64,000 bases of DNA, taken from contig OY970342.1 in NCBI GenBank assembly GCA_963717505.1, forward strand, positions 3,328,001 through 3,392,000. The letters are read 5' to 3'. Shown here piece after piece: positions 24,318 to 33,045 of the stretch (the first letter of the stretch is position 1; every line of letters begins with the position of its first letter). The notes beneath the pieces were generated by a model, which did no database searches, was not told the DNA's origin, and saw only the letters and a program-made list of their open reading frames with translations. The position numbers and the translations under genes are program-made. The DNA is from Candidatus Eiseniibacteriota bacterium (GTDB lineage Bacteria > Eisenbacteria > RBG-16-71-46).

Positions 24318-27230
24318 ATGCCCCTGACCGCCGGCACCCGCCTCGGGACCTACGAGATCGTCGAGCCGCTCGGGGCCGGTGGCATGGGTGAGGTGTACCG
24401 CGCCCGCGACACCAAGCTCGGGCGCGACGTCGCGATCAAGGTGCTGCCCGATGACGTCGCCCGCTCGCCCGACCGCCTGGCCCGCTTCGAGCGCGAGGCG
24501 AGGGCCGTCGCGAGCCTCAATCACCCCAACATCGTCACGCTGCACACGATCGAAGAGGTCGCCGGCACGCGCTTCCTCACGATGGAGCTGGTCGAAGGTC
24601 AGAGCCTCGAACGGCATCTCGTTTCCGGCGGTCTCCCAGTCGCGCGAGTGCTCGACATCGGCATCGCGCTCGCGGACGCACTGGCCGCGGCGCACGACAA
24701 GGGCGTGGTGCACCGCGATCTCAAGCCCGCGAACGTGATGATGACGGCGAACGGGCGCGTCAAGGTGCTGGACTTCGGACTGGCGAAGCTCGCCGCCACC
24801 AGCTCGGACCTGGGCGCCACACAGGCGGAAACCATGGCCGCCCCGCTCTCGACCCAGGGCCAGGTCATGGGCACGGTGCCGTACATGGCCCCCGAGCAGA
24901 TCCGAGGCGAGGCGGTCGACGCGCGCACCGATCTGTTCGCGCTGGGGGTGGTGCTGTACGAACTCGCCACTGGCCGGCGACCCTTCGTGGGCGCGACCGC
25001 GGCGGACGTGAGCTCGGCAATTCTGAGGGATGTCCCGCCGCCGCTCGCTAGCCTGCGTGCCGACCTGCCGAAAGACCTCGAGCGAATCGTAGGACGCTGC
25101 CTCGAGAAAAGCCCGAGCGCCCGCTTCCAGTCGGCCCTCGAGGCGGCCAACGAGCTGCGGCGTGCAAAGCAGAGCCTCGACAGCGGTGCAGTCGCAAGCC
25201 GCCGGCGCCTCACTCAGGTTCTGGTGGCGAGCGGGCTGCTGCTGCTCGTCGCGGCCGTCTGGATCGTGGGAGGCGTCAGGCGCAACGCCCGAGCCCAGTG
25301 GGCCCAGGCGGCGATACCGCGGATCGGCGCGCTCGCCGATTCAGCCAACATCGAGGGCGCTTGGTCGCTGGCCCAGGAAGTTCAATCGGTTCTTCACGAC
25401 GATCCGATGCTCGCGCCCGTATGGCCCCGCATCTCCCGGATCGTGAACGTGCATACAGACCCGACCGGCGCCCGCGTGCAGCGCCGCGCCTTCGCCGGAG
25501 CGGACACCGCGTGGCACGACCTCGGCGTGACGCCACTCGACAGCATCCGCGTGCCGCTCGGCGGGTGGTACCTGAGGCTCGAGAAGGAGAGTTTTCAGCC
25601 TACGCAGGTACTGGTGGCGGGACTGATTCCCACCGATCTCGAATACACGCTCGATACGGGGAAGGGCCCGACCGCGGGCATGGCGCGAGTGCCGGGCGGC
25701 CTGATGCCGGAGCTGAATCTGCCGGGACTCGAGCGATTCGGCGGCGTCACGCTCGAACCCTTCTGGATCGACGTCCACGAAATCACCAACCAGAAGTTCA
25801 AGGAGTTCGTGGACGCCGGAGGCTATCGACGGCAAGAGTTCTGGACCGAACCCTTCGTGCTCGAAGGACGCACGCTCACCTGGGAAACCGCGATGGCCCG
25901 CTTCACCGACCGGACCGGCCGGCCCGGCCCGGCAACCTGGGAGGCGGGCGATTTTCGCCTCGATCAGTCCGACCTTCCGGTGAGCGGCGTGAGCTGGTAC
26001 GAGGCGGCCGCGTACGCGAAGTTCGCCGGCAAGTCGCTGCCCACCATCTTCCACTGGGTCCGGGCGGCGCGCACTCAGGCCGCGGCCTTCATCGTCCCGC
26101 GCAGCAACTTCGACGCGCACGGCCCCGCACCCGTGGGGACGTACCACGCGATCGGCCCTTACGGCACCTTCGACATGGCCGGCAATGTCCGTGAATGGTG
26201 TCGCAACGCGGGCGGCGCCGAGCGGTACATCCTGGGCGGCGGCTGGAATGACCCGGGATACGCCTTCGCCGACGCCTACACCCAGCGCGCCCTCGACCGC
26301 TCGCCAACCAACGGGATTCGGCTCGCGAGCTATCGGGAAGGAGACTCGACTCTGGTCACGCTGGGGCACCCTGTTTCCCCTGCTTTCCGTGACTTCTACA
26401 AGGAGCGGCCGGTCGCCGACGGCATCTTCACCGTGTACCGCAGGCAGTACGACTACGACCCGTCACCATTGAACGCCAAGGTCGAGGTCCGTGATACCAC
26501 CTCCGATGGCTACGTGGTGGAGCGTGTCACGTATGCCGCGGCGTATGGCAGCGAACGGGTGACCGGCTACCTATACCTTCCCCAACGTCGCCAGGTTCCA
26601 TACCAGACCGTGGTGTTGTTCCCAGGGTCCGATGCCCTCAACATGCGGACGTTCGATCGCGGACGTTACCTCCGCATCTTCGATTTCATGTTGAAGAGCG
26701 GCCGCGCCGTCTTCTTCCCGGTGTACCAGAGCACCTACGAGCGCGGCGACGGGTACGAGACCGATACCGGAGACGAGTCGATTGCCTACCGGGATCACGT
26801 GGTTATGTGGGTCAAGGACTTCCGGCGATCTGTGGACTACCTGGCAACTCGCGCCGACGTGGATACGAGCCGCATCGCCTATTTCGGCCTCAGCTGGGGC
26901 GGCGCGATGGGCGGGATCATCCCTGCCGTCGAGCCACGGATCCGCACGGCCATCCTCTATGTTGCCGGGCTCGCGATGCAGCGCAGCCTACCGGAGGTCG
27001 AGCCGATCAACTTCCTGCCACGGGTCACTGTGCCGGTGCTGATGCTCAACGGTCGCTTCGATCACTACTTCCCGGTGGAGACCAGCCAGCGCCCGTTCTT
27101 CCAATTGCTCGGAACGCCCCCGGCGCTGAAACGTCAGGTCATCGCCGACGGCGGGCATTTCGTGCCGCGCAACCAGGTCATCGCCGAATCTCTCGACTGG
27201 TTGGACCAACACCTGGGACCGGTACAATGA
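24318..27230 (+). CDS. Ser/Thr kinase - TM - FGE/SUMF1 domain - alpha/beta hydrolase fusion
   Basis: Kinase motifs; TM segment LLLLVAAVWIV; FGE motifs PVSGVSWYEA and DMAGNVREW; hydrolase GLSWGG..D..H. Confidence 0.92.
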   Translation: MPLTAGTRLGTYEIVEPLGAGGMGEVYRARDTKLGRDVAIKVLPDDVARSPDRLARFEREARAVASLNHPNIVTLHTIEEVAGTRFLTMELVEGQSLERHLVSGGLPVARVLDIGIALADALAAAHDKGVVHRDLKPANVMMTANGRVKVLDFGLAKLAATSSDLGATQAETMAAPLSTQGQVMGTVPYMAPEQIRGEAVDARTDLFALGVVLYELATGRRPFVGATAADVSSAILRDVPPPLASLRADLPKDLERIVGRCLEKSPSARFQSALEAANELRRAKQSLDSGAVASRRRLTQVLVASGLLLLVAAVWIVGGVRRNARAQWAQAAIPRIGALADSANIEGAWSLAQEVQSVLHDDPMLAPVWPRISRIVNVHTDPTGARVQRRAFAGADTAWHDLGVTPLDSIRVPLGGWYLRLEKESFQPTQVLVAGLIPTDLEYTLDTGKGPTAGMARVPGGLMPELNLPGLERFGGVTLEPFWIDVHEITNQKFKEFVDAGGYRRQEFWTEPFVLEGRTLTWETAMARFTDRTGRPGPATWEAGDFRLDQSDLPVSGVSWYEAAAYAKFAGKSLPTIFHWVRAARTQAAAFIVPRSNFDAHGPAPVGTYHAIGPYGTFDMAGNVREWCRNAGGAERYILGGGWNDPGYAFADAYTQRALDRSPTNGIRLASYREGDSTLVTLGHPVSPAFRDFYKERPVADGIFTVYRRQYDYDPSPLNAKVEVRDTTSDGYVVERVTYAAAYGSERVTGYLYLPQRRQVPYQTVVLFPGSDALNMRTFDRGRYLRIFDFMLKSGRAVFFPVYQSTYERGDGYETDTGDESIAYRDHVVMWVKDFRRSVDYLATRADVDTSRIAYFGLSWGGAMGGIIPAVEPRIRTAILYVAGLAMQRSLPEVEPINFLPRVTVPVLMLNGRFDHYFPVETSQRPFFQLLGTPPALKRQVIADGGHFVPRNQVIAESLDWLDQHLGPVQ

Positions 27231-27287
27231 CGACCTTGGTTCCGTTACAGGACTCGTAGCCCGCCGGCCGCCACGAAAGGGAGACGG

Positions 27288-27659
27288 ATGAATACGACCA
27301 AAGCAACGCACATTCGCTGGGACGCCATGCCCGACGAACGGCTGAACGACAAGCTCGAGCGCCGCTTCGTGACCGGGGAGCGCATGACGCTCGCCCAGTT
27401 CTTCCTGGCCAAGGGCTGCCTGGTGCCCCAGCACGAGCACGAGAGCGAACAGTTCTCGTTCGTAATGAAGGGCTGCCTGCGCTTTCGTCTCGGCGCCGAC
27501 GGCAACGAGGTGGTGGAGGTCCGCGGTGGGGAAGTGCTGTTGATTCCTTCGCGGCTGCCGCATTCGGCCGAAGCGCTCGAGGACTCGGTGGTCTCCGACT
27601 CGTTCAGCCCGATTCGCGGCGACTGGCTGGAGAAGCGCGACGACTACCTGAGGCGCTGA
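27288..27659 (+). CDS. Cupin domain protein
   Basis: HxHxxEQ and PH cupin motifs, FSPIR. Confidence 0.85.
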   Translation: MNTTKATHIRWDAMPDERLNDKLERRFVTGERMTLAQFFLAKGCLVPQHEHESEQFSFVMKGCLRFRLGADGNEVVEVRGGEVLLIPSRLPHSAEALEDSVVSDSFSPIRGDWLEKRDDYLRR

Positions 27660-27664
27660 GCCCG

Positions 27665-28456
27665 ATGGATCTGGGACTCAAAGGCCGCGTGGCCCTGGTT
27701 GCTGCCGCCAGCAAGGGACTCGGCCGCGCGATCGCCGAGGCGCTGGCCGCCGAGGGCGCCTCGCTCACGATCTGCGCGCGCGGCGAAACGGCGCTCGCGG
27801 CGACGCGGGATGCGATCGCGCGCTCCGCGGGCACCCCGGTGAACGCCGTCGCTGCCGACGTCTCGCGCGCTGAAGACATCCACAAGGTGGTCCGTTCGAC
27901 GATCGAGCGCTTCGGGCGCGTCGACGTGCTGGTCACCAACGCCGGCGGGCCCCCGGTCGGCACGTTCGAGACCCTCGGCTGGGATGCCTGGCAACGCGCG
28001 GTCGAGCTCACGCTGCGCAGTGCCGTCGAACTGACGCGTGCGGTAATGCCGGGCATGCGCGAGCGGCGCTGGGGTCGCGTGATCCACGTCACCTCGATCG
28101 CCGTGAAGCAGCCGATCGACGGCCTCATGCTCTCGACCTCGATCCGTGCCGCGGTGACCGGGTTCTCGCGCACGCTCGCCAACGAAGTCGCGGCGGATGG
28201 GGTGACCGTCAACACCATCCTTCCGGGTTTCATGAACACCGAGCGCGTGAAGGAGCTGAACGAAGTGACGGCGGCCCGCGAGGGAATAGCGGTGGGGGAG
28301 ATCGAGCGGCGGACGATCGCCCAGATTCCGACGCGGCGGATCGGCGAGCCCGCCGAGTTGGCGGCACTCGCCGTGTTTCTGGCGTCGGAGCGCGCCGCCT
28401 ATGTCACCGGGCAGTCGATCGCGGTGGATGGCGGGTGGATTCGCAGCCTGATGTGA
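27665..28456 (+). CDS. Short-chain dehydrogenase/reductase
   Basis: AASKGLG, TNAGGP, VTGQSIAVDGG. Confidence 0.92.
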   Translation: MDLGLKGRVALVAAASKGLGRAIAEALAAEGASLTICARGETALAATRDAIARSAGTPVNAVAADVSRAEDIHKVVRSTIERFGRVDVLVTNAGGPPVGTFETLGWDAWQRAVELTLRSAVELTRAVMPGMRERRWGRVIHVTSIAVKQPIDGLMLSTSIRAAVTGFSRTLANEVAADGVTVNTILPGFMNTERVKELNEVTAAREGIAVGEIERRTIAQIPTRRIGEPAELAALAVFLASERAAYVTGQSIAVDGGWIRSLM

Positions 28457-28562
28457 GTAGCACACTCTTCTCTTGGCTTCTCCTGCGCGGCCGGATGATC
28501 CCCATCTTCCTGGCCTGTCTCGGGGTGGCCGCCCCGCAACCGTGATATAGACTGCCCGGGCG

Positions 28563-29909
28563 ATGACCCAGCCTCCCGACCCGTCCCACGTGACGCCAGA
28601 ACGAAAAGTCCTCAGCGCGACCCAGCGTCGCGTGCTCGGCGCCCTGATCGAGAAGGCCAAGACGACACCCGCCGGCTATCCCATGTCGGTCAACGCGATC
28701 GTCGCGGGCTGCAACCAGAAGAGCAATCGCGACCCGGTTACGGCTTACGACGACTTCGACGTCGAGAAGGCGCTCGGCGAGCTCCAGGCGCTCGGGGTGG
28801 TCAAGGAGATCGACTGGTTGGGCCGCGTCGCGAAGTACAAACACCTCGGGCACGAGTGGTTGGGCGTTCGCCCGGTCGAGCTGGCGATCCTGACCGAGCT
28901 GATGCTGCGTGGACCGCAGAGCCTGGGTGACCTGCGTGCTCGAGCCGCCAGAATGGAACCGATTGAAGACCTCACGGCATTGAAGCCGATCGTCGAAGGT
29001 CTGGTCGAGCGCAAGCTGATGATCGAGCTGACGCCACCCGGCCGCGGTCAGATCGTGAGCCACAACCTGTATGAGCCCGAAGAACTCGCCGGACTTCGTG
29101 GACTGCACGGACGGCACGCCACTGGAGCGGCGCCAGCGGTCGTTGCGATCTCATCCCCGCAATCGGGCAGGTCGATTGAAATCGGACAGGTCGAGGCGAT
29201 CTTCCGGTATCCGGTGAAGTCCATGGGCGGCGAACGACTCGATTCCGCCCAGCTGGGATGGCACGGCCTCGACGGCGACCGGCGCCTGGCGTTCCGCAAG
29301 ATGGACGACCGCGGCGGATTTCCGTGGCTCAGCGCAAGCAAATGTCCCGACCTGCTCCGGTTTGCTCCGCACCGGCGCGTAGACGGTGCTCAGGGAGAGC
29401 TTCCCACGCATGTTCGCACACCGGATGGCCAGGACCTACCGATCTTCGGGGAGGACTTGGCCACCAAGGTTGGGCGCCGGCTCGGGGCTCCAGTGCAGAT
29501 GATGCAATTGAATCACGGCATCTTCGATGAAGCGACCATTTCTGTCATCGCCTCGGATACCGTGCGCGAGATCGGGCGACTCGCGGGGCAGAGCCCGGAC
29601 GTGCGTCGTTTTCGACCGAATGTGCTGGTTCGCCTGCTGCGACCCGGTCCTTTTCAGGAGGATGAATGGGTCGGCGGCGTGCTCTCGTTCGGCGCGGGAG
29701 ATGACGCCCCGGCCGTGGGCGTCACCATGCGTGACATTCGCTGCTCGATGGTGAACTTCGATCCCGATACGGCGGGCCCCGCGCCCGAGATGTTGAAGGC
29801 GGTGGTTCGCGTGAACCAGAACACCGCGGGGGTCTACGGCACAGTACTCAGGATCGGTCGCCTCTCCGTCGGACAGGCCGTGCTCTTCCATTCCGGGACC
29901 GAGAAATAG
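28563..29909 (+). CDS. DUF480 (YceH-like) - MOSC domain fusion protein
   Basis: N-terminal RVLGALIEK..TTP..YP..CNQKSNRDP and LMLRGPQ (DUF480); C-terminal RYPVKS, GDRR, RRFRPN, RCSMV (MOSC). Confidence 0.8.
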   Translation: MTQPPDPSHVTPERKVLSATQRRVLGALIEKAKTTPAGYPMSVNAIVAGCNQKSNRDPVTAYDDFDVEKALGELQALGVVKEIDWLGRVAKYKHLGHEWLGVRPVELAILTELMLRGPQSLGDLRARAARMEPIEDLTALKPIVEGLVERKLMIELTPPGRGQIVSHNLYEPEELAGLRGLHGRHATGAAPAVVAISSPQSGRSIEIGQVEAIFRYPVKSMGGERLDSAQLGWHGLDGDRRLAFRKMDDRGGFPWLSASKCPDLLRFAPHRRVDGAQGELPTHVRTPDGQDLPIFGEDLATKVGRRLGAPVQMMQLNHGIFDEATISVIASDTVREIGRLAGQSPDVRRFRPNVLVRLLRPGPFQEDEWVGGVLSFGAGDDAPAVGVTMRDIRCSMVNFDPDTAGPAPEMLKAVVRVNQNTAGVYGTVLRIGRLSVGQAVLFHSGTEK

Positions 29910-29981
29910 GGAACGCGCGCGGGGCCATGAAAGCCCTGCGCGCGTTCCTACCAGCGGCGACTCGTTGCGCGAGCCGAACTA

Positions 29982-32900
29982 CTAACGAACGACCGCGATC
30001 CTCCGGCGGATCACGTGCAGCGTTCCGCCAGTGCCCTCGGCCTCGATCAAGGCCAGATAGCCACCGCTCGCCACCACCTGGCCTTCGCCGTTCTTCCCGT
30101 CCCACACGAACTGGTTGAGACCCGCTTCGCCACCCGGTTGCCCGCGCCCGAACTGGGTCTCGCGCACGAGGCTCCCGGTCTGGGTGAAGATGCGGATGGT
30201 GACTGACGCTTGGTCGTCGAGCTTGTAGGCCAGCGTCGTCAGCTGGGTCGGAGGGTGGAATGGATTCGGGAAGTTCGTGACGTAGCCGCCTGCGGCCGTC
30301 GGATTGACCAGACCCACCTGGAGGTCCAGGAATTGCTCGAGCGCACCCGAGGACGCGCGAATTCGGTCGACCTCGGGCTGGCTGGGGCTCAGGAAGTCGG
30401 CGCGCGTGTTGCCGTTCACGTCCGTCAGGCTGTCGCTGGGCGTCAAGGAGCCGGCGCCGGAAATGAGCGCGAAGGCTACCGACCGGTCCGGGACACCATT
30501 CTCATAGGCATCCACCACCCGAGCAGTCACTGTGGCGTGCTTGCTGCCGCCCACCCAGGTTGGGTTCGAGGCGAGCCGAACCGCGCTCGGCGGCCCCGGC
30601 GTGATGGTGATCGGGTTGCTGGTCGCAGGCGCGTTGCCCGCGTCGTCGCGCGCCACCAGGACGATCGGTTCGCTGTACGTGTAGGTCTGGGTGATCGAGC
30701 GCTGACCCCCGAGCAGTTGGAACTGCAGCGTCGAGAGCGTCCCACGCCCAGGCTCCCGGGTGGTCGCGTTCTGGACCTCGACGGTGACCGCCGAGTTGAT
30801 CTCCGAGATGACGGCTCCCGCGTCGTTCTGCACTTGCACGGTCAGCGTAAAGGGGTCTCCCGCCTGAACCGTCGGCGGAGTCACGGCAGCCACCAGGTGG
30901 AAACCGCTGGAAATCGCCCGCACCTGCGTGCTGCTCCCGGTTCTCGACGAATTGGTGACGTCCGAAACGGTGACTTGCTGGAAGCCTCCGGTCGCCAAGC
31001 GCAGCGGCATTTCGGCGCGGCCGTTGACCATCGCCTGGTCGGGCGGCACTTGCGCTAGAGGATCCGCGCACGTGATGTGCACGACATCGGTGGGCCCGGT
31101 GACCGGGTTCCACCACTGATCGGTCGCGAGCACGGTGAGCGTGAAGGCGTAGTTGATCGACTGGTCGATCGCTGCACCCGTCCGGCCGCTCGCCGTGCCC
31201 GGCGCCGGGGACTGGCCCGGTGCCAGGACCAGCACGCGCGAGAACGTGCCTCCGACGACGGTGACGTCGCTGGAGGTGTTGTCCGTGATCGCACCGTTGT
31301 CCAGGTCGTGGGCCGTGATCGTCTGCGCACCACTCTTGTAGAGCCTGCCCGGGAAGACCAGCTGCCCGCTCACCAGCGTCGTCTCGGCGGGAATGCCCGC
31401 GAACTCGTCGGTCGAATTGAGCGCCACCAAATCACCGATGCCGCTCACCACGTTCCAGTAGGCATCGACCGCACGAATGGTGATGGGGAAGGGGGTGCCG
31501 GCCATCTGATTGTTCGGCGTCCCGTCCTTGCCATCGGCCGTGCCGCCCCTTGCGGTCTCGCCGGGCAGGAGGACCTGAAGCTTCGTGAACGAGGCGGGAT
31601 TCGCAATGATGTTCACACTGGTCCCGGTTCTGGGAGGCGCCGAGAAGTCGGTGCACGTGAGCCGCACCGACGACCCCGCTCCGAACAGCGTAACCTGGCC
31701 GCTCCACACCCCGCCGGCAAACGTGATCAGGGAGGGTGTGCTGGTGCCCGAGCCGGTATTGGAGCCGAGCACGGCGTCACCCGCGTAGTCGTAGACGGTA
31801 TTCCCGCTCGCGTCGGTGGCGCGGATGGTGACCGTGAACGGCACCCCCGCGACCTGCGGAGACGCAATCGACGCAAAGGCGAAGTTGTCTGCGGCGTTGG
31901 GGACTACCTGGATCCCGGCGCTCGTCATCGCCGTGATCGACGAGTTGGTTTGATCGGTCACGGTCAGAGTCTGGGTTCCCACCGTCATGAACGTGAACGA
32001 AAGCTGCCGGAAGCCGGCGGAGAGCGTGCCATTGACCGGTGTGTCGGCAGGATCGGAAGCGGATGCCAGGCGCACAGCGTCGTTGCTCGCCACCTGGTTC
32101 CAGTAGTCGTCGGTCGCGTAGAGGTTGACCGTGAAGCTGCGTCCCGCCGCCTGACTGGCCGGAACGCCGGTGATGCCGCTCACGCTCCCGGGAAGGGGCG
32201 ATTGGCCCGGCATCACGATCTGCAGGCGCCGGAAGGGGCCTGGGTGGACGACGAAGCCGTTGCTGGTGCCGCTCTGCGACGGATGGCCATCGACTTCGCC
32301 CCCGACGAAGGCGTTCCCACTGGTCGGGGCGGTCTCGTCGGCGCGGTAGACGGTGACGCTTCCGCTCCATTGGCCGGACGTCAGAGTCACGGTGGCCGGC
32401 GTGATGCGCCCCTGGCCGAAGCTGGTCAGCTGGCGAAGCCGCACGGTCCCCGTGAACCCGCTCACGACGTCGCCGTTCGGATCCCGGGCCGTGATCGTGG
32501 TCGCCAACGGGACGCCGGCGGTCTGGTTCCTCGAAATGTTCGCAAACTCGAGGCTCTGGAGCACGATCGATCGAACCGCGGAACTGGCGCCATCCGGGAT
32601 CGTGATGTCCGATTGGTCGTGCGCGTAGATCGTGAAGTTGCCGCCGGCATTCAGGATCACGAGGAAGTTCCCCGTGCCCGCGACGAGCTGGGCCGACGCG
32701 GGGAGCGATGCGCTCGCGTCCGAACTCAGGATCCGGATCGTGTGCGTCACCGTGGGCACCAGCTCCCAGGCTGCGTCGCACGCGTTGACCGTGATGCTGA
32801 ACGGCACGCCCGCCGTTTGTGGGTTCGGGGTTCCGCTCTTGCCTGAAGTGGTTCCCGGGGCCGCAGTTTCGCCCGGCAGCAGTACCTGCAGCCGCGCGAA

Positions 32901-32993
32901 CGGCCCCGCGATCGCGGGTCCAGCGTTGAGTTGGGCGGCCAGAATCAGAGCCAGCCACACTAGCGAACGAGCCGCACGTAGTCCTTGGCGCAC
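29982..32993 (-). CDS. Large secreted repeat protein (Ig-like repeats) with C-terminal FlgD-Ig domain
   Basis: Signal peptide; four repeats LQVLLPGE..PG...G.P..Q.AG..F..T..A.D.xWN; C-terminal NFPNPF..WDGKNGEG..SGGY..IAVVR. Confidence 0.8.
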   Translation of the reverse strand: MRQGLRAARSLVWLALILAAQLNAGPAIAGPFARLQVLLPGETAAPGTTSGKSGTPNPQTAGVPFSITVNACDAAWELVPTVTHTIRILSSDASASLPASAQLVAGTGNFLVILNAGGNFTIYAHDQSDITIPDGASSAVRSIVLQSLEFANISRNQTAGVPLATTITARDPNGDVVSGFTGTVRLRQLTSFGQGRITPATVTLTSGQWSGSVTVYRADETAPTSGNAFVGGEVDGHPSQSGTSNGFVVHPGPFRRLQIVMPGQSPLPGSVSGITGVPASQAAGRSFTVNLYATDDYWNQVASNDAVRLASASDPADTPVNGTLSAGFRQLSFTFMTVGTQTLTVTDQTNSSITAMTSAGIQVVPNAADNFAFASIASPQVAGVPFTVTIRATDASGNTVYDYAGDAVLGSNTGSGTSTPSLITFAGGVWSGQVTLFGAGSSVRLTCTDFSAPPRTGTSVNIIANPASFTKLQVLLPGETARGGTADGKDGTPNNQMAGTPFPITIRAVDAYWNVVSGIGDLVALNSTDEFAGIPAETTLVSGQLVFPGRLYKSGAQTITAHDLDNGAITDNTSSDVTVVGGTFSRVLVLAPGQSPAPGTASGRTGAAIDQSINYAFTLTVLATDQWWNPVTGPTDVVHITCADPLAQVPPDQAMVNGRAEMPLRLATGGFQQVTVSDVTNSSRTGSSTQVRAISSGFHLVAAVTPPTVQAGDPFTLTVQVQNDAGAVISEINSAVTVEVQNATTREPGRGTLSTLQFQLLGGQRSITQTYTYSEPIVLVARDDAGNAPATSNPITITPGPPSAVRLASNPTWVGGSKHATVTARVVDAYENGVPDRSVAFALISGAGSLTPSDSLTDVNGNTRADFLSPSQPEVDRIRASSGALEQFLDLQVGLVNPTAAGGYVTNFPNPFHPPTQLTTLAYKLDDQASVTIRIFTQTGSLVRETQFGRGQPGGEAGLNQFVWDGKNGEGQVVASGGYLALIEAEGTGGTLHVIRRRIAVVR

Positions 32994-33045
32994 GACAACC
33001 TCCTTGAACGAAGGGCGCGGCGATCGCAGCCGCGCCCTCGATCTT

